A stretch of 64,000 bases of DNA. Source: Octopus vulgaris. Lineage: Eukaryota. The DNA lies in NCBI GenBank assembly GCA_951406725.2, contig OX597822.1:186001-250000 (forward strand), given 5' to 3'. Of the stretch, positions 52,787 through 63,084 are shown one piece after another. Numbering within the stretch: the stretch's first letter is position 1; every line of letters starts with the position of its first letter. The notes below the pieces were generated by a model, which was given only the letters and a program-made list of their open reading frames with translations, did not search any database and was not told where the DNA came from. Both the position numbers and the translations under genes were made by a program.

Positions 52787-55700
52787 TGAATGAATGAACT
52801 TTCACTTTAGCTTTATGTCTAAAAGTCGATTGTATTATTTCACTGTAACAGGGCAGTTAAGACGGCCAAAGCAAATTGCATTAATACCTCACTTTATGAT
52901 GTTTGGATAAAACTATAATCGCTTTGGTTTAGCACCTGTTTTTCATGTTGTTCCTGAAGATGAAACTATTAAGAAAATTGCCTTGTCTTTCAGTACTACT
53001 GCTTTTGTAGTACTGATAATATCTGCAGATATTGAGTTTTCATAGCCACACATTTTGTGAAAGGAATAAACCCATTTATACCACTTTCTTCATGTGCCAT
53101 ATTTTGCTTTTTTTTTTATATAAGCATTAGTGTTCAATGGTATATTATATGTGTGTGTAATTTAAAAACCAGTTGCACTGTATTTGTTTTCTGAAGATGT
53201 TTGCATTTCTTGATTAAATATCATTTTTGTTGCAGAGGAAAAGTCAGTCTGTTTACTATCTTATGTGAAAAATATGAAACTTCAATCAACAGAGATCCAG
53301 CTTATAAGGAGGTATGTTTTATTTTTGTTTTGTCATCATTGCTGTTGTTATCTTCCTCCTCTAGCATCATCACTTCATCCTCCACTACCATCACTTGCAC
53401 CTCCTCTCTGGCTCTTTACCTTCTCAGTTCAAGGTCAGCTTCAGTCAGCTTCACCTTTGGTTTTTCTGGGGGTTGACATACTCAACTACACCTACTTCTC
53501 AAATTTAAGCCCTTTGTGCCAAAGTTGGGAATTAGTACTGGAAGAAATTCCAGTTGCTGCACCCAGTGTAAACTATGGACACATAAGAGGTGCAGTGGAA
53601 TCACAGGTAAATTAACAGATAAAGTTGTCTTTGTATGTAGCAGATGTGCAGGAATAATAAGCACTAAGAGCACATGGGACTTAGATTCTCTCAAATGCCC
53701 AGGAGGCTCACTTGAGATTGTAAATAGTTTCTGTTACTTAGGTGACCAAATTAGCAATGGTGTTCAGAGAGCTATTACCTCTGTTGGCAACAAAAGGACT
53801 CTCTTTCTCAGAGTGAAAGATAGACTACATGATGCTTGTATGTGAATGGCTATACTCCATGGTAGTGAGACATGGGCTCTGAATGCAGAAGATAAGCATA
53901 GACTGGAGAGAAATAAAGGTAGTATTCTCTTTTGAATATGCAACAGTGCATATGTACGACAAAGTGCAAATGTATTGAGAGAAAAGTTAGGTGTGAGAGG
54001 AATCAAATGTAGCATGCAAGAGAGAAAACTATGTTGGTTTGGACATGTGATGTATATGAATGAGGACAGCTGCATAAAGAAGTACCAGTCATTGAAAGTG
54101 GATGGTACCTGTGGAAGAGGGAGACCCAGAAAGAAGTTGGATGAAATGGTAAGGACCAATCTCAGGATGTTGGGCATCATGGAGGAAATGACAATGGACC
54201 AAGATGTCTGATGATATGAAGTTCTAGAGAAGACCTGCCTATGTCAGCGAAACTGAGTTCTAGAAGCCCTGTGTGTGTGTGTGTCACCCACACTTAACAA
54301 GAAAACTTCTCACACGCCCTGCCATAACAAATCAAACTACATCTCTTCTCTTCCTCACATTTCTGCTTCATGCATTATGCTTACCTCCCACTCCGCAGTC
54401 CCCTTCCTCTTGGCCCTGTGCCACTGTATCATTGCTCTCTGCTAGTCCCGACCTGTGTGTTGCACCCATATGTCCTGCCTCACTGTATTATTACTATCTG
54501 CTAGCACACCCAACCTGTGTTCCACCCACATATAACAAGAAAACTTTTTACTCACCCTATCCCAACAAACCAACCTACATCTCATCTCTTCCTCACATTT
54601 CCTCCTTTATACTGTATGCCTAGCTCTCACTTCCCAATCCTGTCCTCATGTCCCTGATCCTCTGTATCGTTGCTATTCAGTAGCAACCCCCACTCCAACT
54701 CTATATATACCCAGATTTTCACCACTCGCTCCGCCTCCTCTGCACTCTATAATCACACTTCCTTTGCAATATCCTGCCACTTATATTATGGTGTTTGAAC
54801 TTCAAGGGTATGCTCTGGCACTTGCCACCATCTATATCTCTCTCTTCCTTTACTCAACCATCCCATTTATACTTTGATCACCATTCCTTGTGAATATGCC
54901 CAGCATTTTACCACCATCTCTATCCTGCTGCCTCCCACTCTCTCCTTCTCCTGCACTTCCCTCAGGTTGGGTTACCATGTATTTCCTTTGCGGTAGCGCA
55001 CCTGTTTTTGTCTTCGTTCCTGATCGATCTCTCTCTCCGGCTGGGTAACCCTGTCCCTCCTCCACAGCAAGACACCTGTATCTGTCTCACCATAACCTTT
55101 CATCATTCGACACAAGATCACCTCCTCCAATTGAAAGTTTTTTGTTTTTGTCGTGCAAGTACTTGGTGACTCTGTCAGTGCAGGTGCCACTTAAAAGCAC
55201 CCAACTCACACTGTAAAGTGGTTGGTATTTGGAAGGGCATCCAGCTGTAAAAACCTTGCCAAAACTGACCTCACCTGTGCTTGTGCCACGTAAAAAGCAT
55301 TTAGTCCACTCTGCTGAATGGTTGGCGTTAGGAATGGCATGCAGCTGTAAAAATCCTGTCAAAATGGTCACTGAAATCTGATGCAGGCTCCTGCCTGGCC
55401 GACTCTTGTGAAATCATCCCACCTATGCTAGCACGGAAGGCAGATGTTAAATGATGATGATGATGATGATTATTAAAAGGAGCAGTGGATGGCAAAATCA
55501 AGAGAACATTAGAGCAAAAAAAAAATAGACCTAGTTAAATCCCAGTGGAGTACATATTGAGAATATGAATGAATATAACTAAATGTTGAAAGGCTTTTAG
55601 GTTGAGATTCATTTGCATAGGGCCATATGCATAGGTAAATGTGTTTAATCAAATTAATTGATTTGCTTTAATGAAGATGATGATGATTGACATAGGGTAA

Positions 55701-58700
55701 AAGTGCAGCACTATTATATAAAAGAATCATAAAAGTTTGATATTATGTATTTGGGTAAAACTGTGATACTATTGTGGCCTCCACTCCTTAGTTGATTGGT
55801 CTCATGTCACCTAATTTACTGCCTCTTTTCTTGTTGCCTGTATTGTTTCAAGCCTTCAGGTAATGCATTAATCACTATGCCTAGGTTGTCCTCTCTTCTC
55901 CGGGGCCAACAAGAACAGCAACTATGTTGATCTCATTCATTCTGGAAAGTATCATCATCATCGTCCGTTTTCCCTGCTAGCACAGGTTGGATGGAATGTA
56001 AAGTCAAAACAAAAAAACCCTTTTTTTTTTTACTTTTCTAGTCGGGAAGAAAATGTTCTTGACTTTTCACAGGGCCTTGAGATTTGTAGGAGAGAGAGAG
56101 AGAGAGAGAGAGCACGGAGTATATCCTCAAACCAAAAACTTGGCTTAAATGCTTGCAACAGAGTAGACTTAATATTACCAAGAATATCACGTGGTGGTGT
56201 TAAACTCTGACAGTCGAAGTCTACTACTGTCAATGCAGGCCACTGTGGGATTATGAACTTGGGACACAGGAGCTGGAACAAATGTCACAAGGCACCTGGT
56301 CTGATGTTTTTACAGTTTTGCTAATTCACTGACCTGGATTAGTTTTTAAAAAAATATTTTTTATCTACTCCTTAAGAATGAAATGCAAAGTTGATTCTAC
56401 TGGGATTTGAACTTAGAACACAGAGTATCAGAACAGATATACTCTGAGGTATTTAGGAATTGGTAGAGACTCTGCTATGACTTTGTGCTTCATCATACTT
56501 TTTCGTCACAGTTGTTGAAGTTATAAAAAGTATTGAAGAGAGGTAGAGGTCTCCTCATGTCTACCTGTGCTTACAAACTGTTCGTTGTTGAGTCAGATAA
56601 ACAAGTTGATAAAAGAAAGAGATCTCACGTTAGTGGAACATTATCAGGACTAATTTGCTAATTAGCATCAGGTTTCCACTATATCGTTAATTAAATGCTA
56701 ACACTAAAGGTAATAATTGTAGCAATTTCAAGACGTTGAAGCTTAGGTTTCAGGCTTTACCACTAAAAGTTCGAAATGAGTTACTTCCCTTCTTTCGTTT
56801 CTATAAGGAAAGCCTTGAATTCTCAGTATTTGAACACGAGACAATTTTCTTAACACATTCATCCTTCCGAGAATGGGAGGTTCTTGTAGAATGAAATTGG
56901 TTCTAAACTGAAGCTATTACAATGTTAACCAGACGATAAACAGTTAGGTACCAATGTGATTTGTGTAAAGCTTACAGTTCTACGTTGTTTTTCAACCATT
57001 GACCATTTGGAAAACTGACTTTTCCATATACATTGTCATAACTGAGCTGCTGATCATTGTAAGCAATCAGCTTTACATAATAATCAATTATCAGTCATCA
57101 TTAGCTACTGTTAATCACCAGCAACCACTATCAATCACAATCAACCATTATCAGTCTCCATTAACCACCATCACCCATCTATAAACAATTGTTACATTTT
57201 CATTGTTTTTTTTTTCTCCCCCTCAGTATCTTGACAGAATAGGGCAGCTGTTTTTTGGGCTTCCTCCTCCAAAGCAGTCTCCACATGGAATTCTTGGTAA
57301 GTTAATTGGAACAACCTCTCTAAAAAAAATCTCCTGAATATGCAAATTACTAAATTATAAGTGACTTCTTGTTAAAAAATATTTAAATCACAACTTGTTG
57401 ATTAAAACAAAAATAAAATGAAAAAGTCGCAAAATCGGAATTAATTTTTTTGTTGAAAATTTGTTATTCATTTTGCTTTATGAAGTTAGAAATTGAGAAA
57501 GATTTCAGTGATGTGATTGTCTGTTTTTAGAATGACATTGTAGTGTAGGTGGGAGAGGCCACAGCATTGCTTTTGTACCTTTTACAGAACCTCTGTGATT
57601 AATGGGAGAGAGGGAGGGTAGAAGGAATGTAGGAAGGAAGAAAGCTCTTTAGAAGCTACAGACGTAATAGTCAAAATTCTTGTAGGTGTCCACAAAGTCC
57701 ACCATCTGAGTAGGCCATGGCAAAATTTGAACTCTAAATGCAAAGAACTGAAATAAATTTTGAAAGGTATCCACTCTGACATTCTAATATCTCTGCAAAT
57801 CTTCTGCTTTGGATAGGTACTTCATTGACTTCTTAAAGCAAAGTTGACTTTAATGATATTTAAACACAAAACATGGGGCAGCAGAACAAACTCTTTGAGG
57901 CATTCTATCTTGGTACTGTAATGATTTTGCTGCATGGGTCAGACAGAGGTCTGACCCATGCAAGCATAGAAATGGCAGACATTAAGATGATGTTAGTTAT
58001 TAGAGAACTGATTTCTAATTACTTTTGCTCGGACGTGTGTACATGTGTGTGTGCTTCAAAATTAATGAAATATTTACTTGGGATTTGGCGCAAAGAAAAT
58101 TTTGGGAATCACTGCTGTAGGTGTTTGTTTTGGCTTGCTAGAAAAAGGGACTAAATTCCCTCAAATTCCATCCTGTTGTCTTGAAAAATGGAAGGTACAC
58201 TGTATAGTGTAGTTATAATTTTGTATATAAAAAAAAATGATGGGACGGCCATATATTGTTGTCTGATGACAATCAAATCTCACTTTAGGCTGAACAATAA
58301 CAATGTGGATCAGTCAGTTCTTGTTAAGTAGTTGGTGTTATTTATGGAAAGGACATAAATTCCATGTAATTACAATTATTATAATAGCTACATCTTAGGC
58401 CAGACGTGGTTATACATTGTCTTCTAATTTAGCTAGCTTTGCACATGAGTAATTCCCCTTGAGTTATATTGGTTCAGTACGAAAGTTCTATTACTTGGCA
58501 GAATCGTTAGCACGTCGGGCAAAATGTTTATCAGTATTTCGTCTGTTTTTACATTGTGTTCAGATTCTGCTGAGGTCGGCTGTGCCTTTCATCCTTTTGG
58601 GGTCGATATACTAGTCGAACACTGGTGTCGATGTAATCGATTTACCTTCTCCTGCTGGCTTTGTGCCAAAATTTCAGACCATTATTTAAACTGATGGTAT

Positions 58701-58974
58701 CAATACTGATATGTTTGTTAATTTATTTATCGCCTTGGAAGTGGTAAGAATTTTGATGAAATAACGACAAACAAGCTAATTAATTAAATAAAAGATCCTT
58801 AAAACAACACCCCCTCAAAAAAAAAAAGAAAAAAATTTTTTAACCAATTATTATTTTTTTTGGTTTTCTCTTTCAGGGAACTTATTGCAGAGTTTATTTG
58901 GTGCTGAAGATGATCGTGAACAAGATTCTGCCATGGGAAGCAGTACTGAAGTGACAGCTGAAGAACTGGACTGA
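4190..58974 (+). CDS. GET4: Golgi to ER traffic protein 4 homolog (TRC35), 9 coding exons, 314 aa; join(4190..4293,34693..34771,42945..43026,48368..48523,50488..50626,52564..52704,53236..53311,57227..57296,58877..58974)
   Basis: Manual splicing gives 945 nt in frame with GT-AG junctions and matching phases. Translation contains GET4 hallmark motifs [69 protein letters not shown] and C-terminal EELD. Confidence 0.97.
7685..7876 (+). mobile_element. Short Penelope-like (PLE)-derived repeat in (TA)n with minimal hammerhead motif
   Basis: Flanked by (TA)n, second copy inverted at 18764-18960, contains gttt-CTGACGA-a-gatctccgctc-GAAACGTT-aaac. Confidence 0.65.
7756..7790 (+). ncRNA. Minimal type I hammerhead ribozyme motif
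   Basis: Stem I gttt/aaac, core CTGACGA, stem II with one mismatch, GAAA, palindromic ACGT in place of stem III. Confidence 0.55.
12125..12325. mobile_element. piggyBac-type MITE (~200-220 bp family)
   Basis: TTAA|ccctttag ... ctaatggg|TTAA; related copies at 26413, 34808, ~37809, 52153 and ~9450. Confidence 0.75.
12468..12865 (+). mobile_element. tRNA-derived SINE family A (CORE-like), full length
   Basis: A-box-like gtggctgtgtggtaag, B-box-like segment, CORE-like gtggcaccttggacaa, internal (TA)/(TG) tract, 3' gactgaaacaa tail; many copies in window. Confidence 0.88.
14995..15660 (-). mobile_element. Repeat embedded in microsatellite, probable PLE pseudo-LTR-like element
   Basis: Same layout as 19085-19920 and 63085-63660: pyrimidine tract, cacgtg-like box, T-rich tail with gaCTGAAGA; microsatellite flanks. 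Confidence 0.4.
16320..16648 (-). mobile_element. SINE family A, reverse copy
   Basis: Reverse complement of the 12468 family. Confidence 0.85.
16965..17297 (-). mobile_element. tRNA-derived SINE family C, reverse copy
   Basis: Reverse complement of head tggcttggtggttagagtgtcaggctcacaatcatgagg ... gtgttcttgagcaagacactttatt, shared with 20281 and 33940. Confidence 0.75.
17718..18262 (+). mobile_element. 5'-truncated GC-rich RTE-clade LINE (second family) with TSD
   Basis: [19 protein letters not shown]...[10 protein letters not shown]...WFGHACRR...GGQLKTW; CAAGTA repeat tail; 12-bp direct repeat taggaagggtat at 17706-17717 and 18263-18274. Confidence 0.92.
18764..18960 (-). mobile_element. 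Short PLE-derived hammerhead repeat, reverse copy
   Basis: Reverse complement of 7685-7876, adjoining (TA)n. Confidence 0.65.
18857..18891 (-). ncRNA. Minimal type I hammerhead ribozyme motif
   Basis: Minus strand gttt-CTGATGA-a-gagc-tct-gctc-GAAAC-att-aaac; stem II perfect, ACGT changed to ACAT. Confidence 0.5.
19085..19920 (-). mobile_element. Probable PLE pseudo-LTR-like repeat
   Basis: Layout parallels 14995-15660; gaCTGATGA on minus strand near 19210; GA-rich tract on + strand. Confidence 0.35.
20281..20600 (+). mobile_element. tRNA-derived SINE family C
   Basis: A box tggctcagtggttagagc, B-box-like gagtttgattcc, gtgttcttgaccaagacact core. Confidence 0.8.
21357..21750 (+). mobile_element. 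SINE family A, young full-length copy
   Basis: Near-identical to 40399-40792 and to the reverse complement of 45494-45881. Confidence 0.9.
26413..26613. mobile_element. piggyBac-type MITE
   Basis: TTAA flanks, ccttttaacattt / aaatgttaaaggg termini. Confidence 0.72.
27813..30638 (+). mobile_element. RTE-clade LINE, 5'-truncated (no endonuclease), disrupted RT ORF, full 3'UTR, (GAT)n tail
   Basis: [46 protein letters not shown] (29001-29012), [20 protein letters not shown]. Frameshift near 28605, TAA at 29184, further breaks near 29320 and 29820. Confidence 0.96.
30133..30472 (+). repeat. 62-bp tandem array in the RTE 3'UTR (about 5.4 units)
   Basis: Units start at 30133, 30199, 30261, 30323, 30385, 30448 with gtgccggtggcacgtaaaaagcacc core. 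Confidence 0.92.
31046..31866. mobile_element. Tiny mariner-like MITE interrupted by the foldback element
   Basis: TA-cgaggggtgtatgaaaattctagagcct (31046-31073) pairs imperfectly with aggctcaaaacatttcatacatcccg (31841-31866). Confidence 0.6.
31114..31838. mobile_element. Non-autonomous long-TIR DNA transposon, Merlin-like
   Basis: GG...CC termini, ~250-290 bp near-perfect TIRs, perfect 8-bp TSD caaggctc (31106-31113, 31839-31846), internal CCCTAA/TTAGGG repeats. Confidence 0.85.
33087..33400 (+). mobile_element. tRNA-derived SINE family D nested in an older family A copy
   Basis: A box tagcctagtggttagagc, B-box-like gtttcgaatc, A-rich (CAAA) tail, 12-bp TSD atttgttcccat at 33075 and 33401. 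Confidence 0.88.
33645..33926. mobile_element. hAT/Charlie-type MITE
   Basis: TIR cagtggttctcaac / gttgagaaccactg; TSD gtttaaag / gtttagag. Confidence 0.85.
33940..34260 (+). mobile_element. SINE family C, degenerate
   Basis: gtgttcttgagcaagacact core; reverse copy at ~35450-35755. Confidence 0.7.
34693..34771 (+). CDS. GET4: GET4 coding exon 2 ([26 protein letters not shown])
   Basis: Pyrimidine tract + CAG acceptor, donor CAG|GTTTGT, 79 nt, phase fits exons 1 and 3. Confidence 0.93.
34808..34994. mobile_element. piggyBac-type MITE 36 nt downstream of the exon 2 donor
   Basis: TTAA|cccttt ... aaagag|TTAA, body matches 12125 family. Confidence 0.7.
35195..35422 (-). mobile_element. tRNA-derived SINE family B (Meta-domain-like), reverse copy
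   Basis: Reverse complement of 41677-41897; gactttgcctttcatccttt-ggtcgataaattaagtacc core. Confidence 0.85.
38540..38986 (+). mobile_element. RTE LINE 3'UTR fragment
   Basis: Hairpin repeat units, gttggcgttaggaagggcatc, (GAT)n tail; similar short ends at ~7140, 11020, 26940, 47960, 49850, 50940, 55180, 61565. Confidence 0.85.
39478..39960 (-). mobile_element. Tc1-family transposon remnant (3' transposase and one TIR)
   Basis: TA|caggggttggacaaaataattggaaca terminus; minus-strand FQDDNAPIH ... [14 protein letters not shown]. Confidence 0.9.
40399..40792 (+). mobile_element. SINE family A, young full-length copy
   Basis: Near-identical to 21357-21750. Confidence 0.9.
41677..41897 (+). mobile_element. 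SINE family B, nested in a degenerate hAT-type MITE (~41579-42127)
   Basis: ggtggcgaactggcagaa head, gagttcaaattc B box, Meta-like core. Confidence 0.85.
42554..42915 (+). mobile_element. Non-autonomous Helitron
   Basis: A|TC 5' end, 3' 16-bp hairpin (42876-42916) ending CTAG|T, no TSD. Confidence 0.8.
42945..43026 (+). CDS. GET4: GET4 coding exon 3 ([27 protein letters not shown])
   Basis: ttcctttcag acceptor, donor A|GTAAGT, 82 nt; matches the QNSAADL region of GET4. Confidence 0.92.
43817..43887. repeat. (CA)n microsatellite
   Basis: About 35 perfect CA units; numerous (TA)n tracts elsewhere, e.g. 44469-44524 and 61448-61510. Confidence 0.95.
44707..44788. repeat. Perfect 36-bp inverted repeat, 10-nt loop
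   Basis: aaaatggaggaaaaataacaataagaagtgtgtctt-ttgcgctagg-aagacacacttcttattgttatttttcctccatttt. Confidence 0.92.
44820..45200 (-). mobile_element. RTE LINE 3' fragment, reverse
   Basis: Reverse complement of [22 protein letters not shown] and the 3'UTR. Confidence 0.82.
45494..45881 (-). mobile_element. SINE family A, young reverse copy
   Basis: Reverse complement of 21357/40399 copies. Confidence 0.9.
48368..48523 (+). CDS. GET4: GET4 coding exon 4 ([52 protein letters not shown])
   Basis: Long pyrimidine tract + CAG, donor CAG|GTAAAT, GHP.LH motif. Confidence 0.94.
48631..48741. repeat. ~54-bp-arm palindrome with 3-nt loop
   Basis: taatatgtgacaattattcggtagccctgataaaactccgagtttcgg-tat-ccgaaactcggagttttatcatggctaccgaataattgtcacatatta, about 2 mismatches. 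Confidence 0.92.
50488..50626 (+). CDS. GET4: GET4 coding exon 5 ([47 protein letters not shown])
   Basis: tttacag acceptor, donor CA|GTGAGT, highly conserved GET4 segment. Confidence 0.96.
51560..52060 (+). mobile_element. Old RTE (Rex3/Expander-like) LINE 3' fragment
   Basis: Decayed [32 protein letters not shown] motifs with many lesions. Confidence 0.6.
52153..52371. mobile_element. piggyBac-type MITE
   Basis: TTAA|cccttta ... taaaggg|TTAA. Confidence 0.75.
52564..52704 (+). CDS. GET4: GET4 coding exon 6 ([47 protein letters not shown])
   Basis: ttttcag acceptor, donor AC|GTAAGT, PLLNF motif. Confidence 0.96.
52735..52798. repeat. (GA)n + (AATG)n microsatellite 30 nt into intron 6
   Basis: Direct reading. 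Confidence 0.95.
53236..53311 (+). CDS. GET4: GET4 coding exon 7 ([25 protein letters not shown])
   Basis: ttgcag acceptor, donor GAG|GTATGT. Confidence 0.95.
53520..54240 (+). mobile_element. Older RTE LINE 3' fragment related to 27813-30638
   Basis: [50 protein letters not shown] with stops. Confidence 0.88.
57227..57296 (+). CDS. GET4: GET4 coding exon 8 ([23 protein letters not shown])
   Basis: Pyrimidine tract + CAG, donor TTG|GTAAGT. Confidence 0.96.
58877..58974 (+). CDS. GET4: GET4 last coding exon ([32 protein letters not shown])
   Basis: tttcag acceptor, acidic tail ending ELD, TGA at 58972-58974. Confidence 0.95.
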
Positions 58975-59254
58975 GACCTCCTCTCACCCACAATCTTCCT
59001 TTCCCTCCTCCTTCCCCTCCTCTCCACATTGTTTTCAAAACTATTTCTCTTAACTACTAACTTTAATAATCTTTTTGATGGCAATTTTATGCCATTGTAC
59101 CCCCTCCTCCCTTTGATTTTTTTTGTTTTTGACAAAATTCTGCCACATTCTTCTTTCTCTCCCTCCCTTGTCCTTCACACTTTCTCTACAGTCTCTCCTT
59201 TCTCTTCCTTTCCTACTCTCCCTCCCTCTCCTGTTCTCCTCCATTGCCTCTTGT

Positions 59255-59268
59255 AATAAATAAATAAA
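59255..59268 (+). terminator. Candidate GET4 polyadenylation signal (overlapping AATAAA x3)
   Basis: aataaataaataaa about 280 nt after the stop codon; usage unverified. Confidence 0.5.
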
Positions 59269-59558
59269 TACTTAAAAGGATTAAACCAATGGCTTCACAG
59301 ATGAGAAAAAGACATCAGCATGGCCACAGCCCCTTGTTGAAGCCAGTAAAAGTAAAATGCAAGACCTTTCCCCTCCAATTTTCCAACAGGCAGAAGATAA
59401 CAAAAAAAAAACAAAAAAAAACTTTAATAATACAAGGAAAAAAACAAAAAAACAAAACAAAGAAAAATGAAATTTGAAATTCTTAAAACAAACCTCTTTT
59501 AATCTTTTTTTTTCTTTTCTTTGTCTTACTCTGCATCCGTATTATTTATGTTTTAAGT

Positions 59559-60485
59559 AAGGCTGCAAGCGGATAGAATTGTTTTGGGCAGTGGGGAAAA
59601 AAAAATGCCTTGCATTATTTGTTCTGGCTCTTTACATTTTTAATTTCAAATCCTACCAAGGTTAACTTTGCCTTTCATCCCTTCAGGGTCGATAAAATAT
59701 AGCACCAGCTGAGTAGTGGTGTTGATAATCAATTAGTCCCTTTCTCTCCTTTTCAAAATTCTTGGCCTTATGCCCAAATTAAAAGTAATTACTATGAAAG
59801 GTGATGAGCTGGTACAATCATTAGAGTCTTGGTTAAAAAGAAAAATGACTTACCCATTTTTTTTTTATTTGACTCTTTATGTTTGAAGTTCAGATCTTGC
59901 TGAGTTCAGTTTTGCCTTTCATCTCTCTGGGGTCAATAAAACATAGCACTAGTTAAGTACTGGGGTTGATGGTATTGACAAAGCCCCCTTCTCTCAAAAT
60001 TGCTGGCCTTGTGCCTATTGTAGAAACAGTTATTGTTATTACTAGAGTGATTGAGGTGGTGAGCTGGCAGAATTGTTAGCACACTGGGCGAGATGCTTAG
60101 CAGCATTCTGTCTTTATGTTCTGAGTTCAAATTCTGCCTAGGTTGACTTTGCCTTTCATCCTTTTAGGGTTGATAAAATAAGTATCATTGAGCACTGGGG
60201 GTTGATGCAATCAACTTATTCCTCCCTGAAAATGCTGGCCTTGTGCCAAAATTTGAAACCGTTATTACTAAAGTGATGGATTGGTAGAATGTTCAGAAAA
60301 AAGGCCATATGGTATTTCTGGCTTTTTACATTCTGAGTTCAAATCTCACTGAGATCAACTTCGCCTTTCATCCCACTGGGGTCACTAAAATAAAGTTATC
60401 AGCCAAATACTGGAGTTGGTTTTATCAAATCCTCCTCCCTTCCCACAAAATTGCTGGTGTTGTATTTAAATCAGAAGCTATTATT
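59559..60485 (+). repeat. Four head-to-tail degenerate SINE family B copies downstream of GET4
   Basis: Heads near 59559, 59799, 60053, 60270, each with the gcctttcatc core. Confidence 0.8.
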
Positions 60486-60848
60486 AATGAATTTTAGTTA
60501 AATACCTCCTTTAATTTGGTAATCCCTTCACTGAAATTTCATTTTATTTATTTTATTTTTTTGATTGCTTTTTGTTGTCATTTATTTATTTTTTGTTTTA
60601 AAAATATTTAAAAATTTCTAAAAGTCCCCTTCCCCCTTGTGGAATTATTTTTGTCGTTGCTCTGCTCGACTTTAAAGTTGTGGAACTTGTTTTTATTTAA
60701 TTGTTAAATTTTTTCTTAATTTTTATTTATAGTTAAAATTTTTTTATTTATCTTATAACAGTACCCCTCCTCATACTGAATCATTCATCTAACACATTTA
60801 CTATATACCTTTAGTATATATTATATTATATACACACATATACACACG

Positions 60849-60910
<62 letters not shown>

Positions 60911-61442
60911 TTTCTTAAAAAGCCCTCCCAGAAGATCTAGCTCTTCCTTTTTCTCTCTTTTTCTTTCTCTCCTTCCCCAATTCGTATTCTTTGTCTTAAA
61001 AAAAGTATTTCTTTTAGAAACACAGTTTTGAATTTTCATTTATTAACATAACTGTTTCCAGAAAAAAGCAAAACAAACAAATAAAGCAAAAACAACAACA
61101 GCATATTACGACTTGCCCCATGTTTGGCTTAGAAACTCTGAGACTTGTTGTTGAAAGAATTTTTCTCTCTCTCATTTACATATCCTTATAAATATTACAC
61201 ATGCACACACACAGACTCACATACACATACCTACAATATACTTGTGAAGTAAATAAGAAAAAAAAACATAGAAATAAACATGGAAGACTAAATGGAATTG
61301 AGTGTCTAAAAATATTTACTTCGTTTTATTCCAAACATTTTGTCTTCAACTTGTTAATGAATCTTAATCTTTTCATCAATTGTTCATTTTCGTTTTAATA
61401 TATCCATCTCAGTTTGTTTGGGAGATTTAGCACTAAATGTTC

Positions 61443-61515
<73 letters not shown>

Positions 61516-61783
61516 GATATAATAATGAACGGAAACAACTTGTTGAGGACATGACAATCCATCTAGTGCTGGTGCCATGACAAAGTGCACTCAGTATGTC
61601 ATTCTGTTAGGCGGTTGGTGTTAAGAAGGGCATCCAGCTGTAGAGACCATACCAAGAGGAACGGACAAAGAGATGTTCCTGAACCAATCTGGGATGGCAA
61701 TTCCACCAAACATATGAGCTGACTCAGACTGAGCATGACGACTCAGCATGGAAAAATGGTCATAAAATAGCACACACACATCA

Positions 61784-61839
<56 letters not shown>

Positions 61840-63084
61840 TGCATACTGTGTTTTCTGGCATACAAATCAAATTTTTCAGACAAAAATTTATGGTTGAAAA
61901 AATGGTGCCTGCAGAGAAAAATCTGTGGTGGAATGCTTATTCAGGAGAAAGGGGGTCGAATTATATGATGAATGTATACGTAAACATTGACTTTTTTTTT
62001 TCTTTGACTGAAACATCTACCTCGACTTAATATTATGTGGACTTGTATGTTGGAAAATATGGTACAGATGAGTACGTGTGTGTATGTATATTTGTTGTCT
62101 GTGTATGCATATATATACATGTGTGTGCGTGTGTGTATATATATAAACACATATAGTTCTGTGTGTGTATTTATATATATAATGTGTAAATGCAGTAACT
62201 TGAGGAATGGTATACAGTCAGCTTAATAAACTTATTAGTGTATTATACTCTAATTTTTGTATTGAGTATTTTTTGCCATCTTTTAATTTCTTCTCTTTAC
62301 AAGCAAGATCTGTTGTGTGACTCTGTGTGTATGTGTGTGTGTGTGCATGAATGCTCAATGTATGTGTACTTCTCTTTTCTGCATGGAAACCTGCAAGTGC
62401 TTGTGTATTTGTATATGTACACATATGTGTATGTGTTCATTCAGAATGGAAGAAACACATGCATGTATATATGAGCATCCATGCACATACACAAAGACTC
62501 AGTCATGCAAACGAATGTTAATATTTATATTTTATTAAGGCTGAACGAGATGGCAGAATCGTTACCACTTCGGGCAAAATGCTTGGCGGCATTTCAACAT
62601 CTTTATGTTATAAGTGTAAATGCTGCCAAAATCGATTTTGCCTTTCATCCTTTTGGGGTCGATAAAACAAGTAGCAATTGAGCATTGGGGTCAACGTAAT
62701 CAACTTACTCCTAACCAAAGAAATTGCTGGGTGTGTGCTAACATTTGAAATCAATATTTATATCTTACTGTTCGGTTACAGAGACAGAATTATAACTGTT
62801 ATTCCTTATAACTGACACTGTTTTATGGATCTTGCAGTGTGGCATGTGTGCATGTATGTGCTCATGCGTATATATATATATATATATATATAATATATCA
62901 TCATTATCGTTTAACGTCCGTTTTCCATGCTGGCATGGGTTGGACGGTATATATATATATATATATAGATGTATGTACATACACGTATGTATATATGCAT
63001 ATATATATATATACACATACACGTATAGATGTAAGTATGTACATACACGTATATATATAAATATATATAATTATATATGATTGA

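Noticed and set aside
57060-57185. Degenerate atcaaccatt-type repeat upstream of exon 8
   Set aside because: Low-complexity decayed minisatellite with no evident structure.
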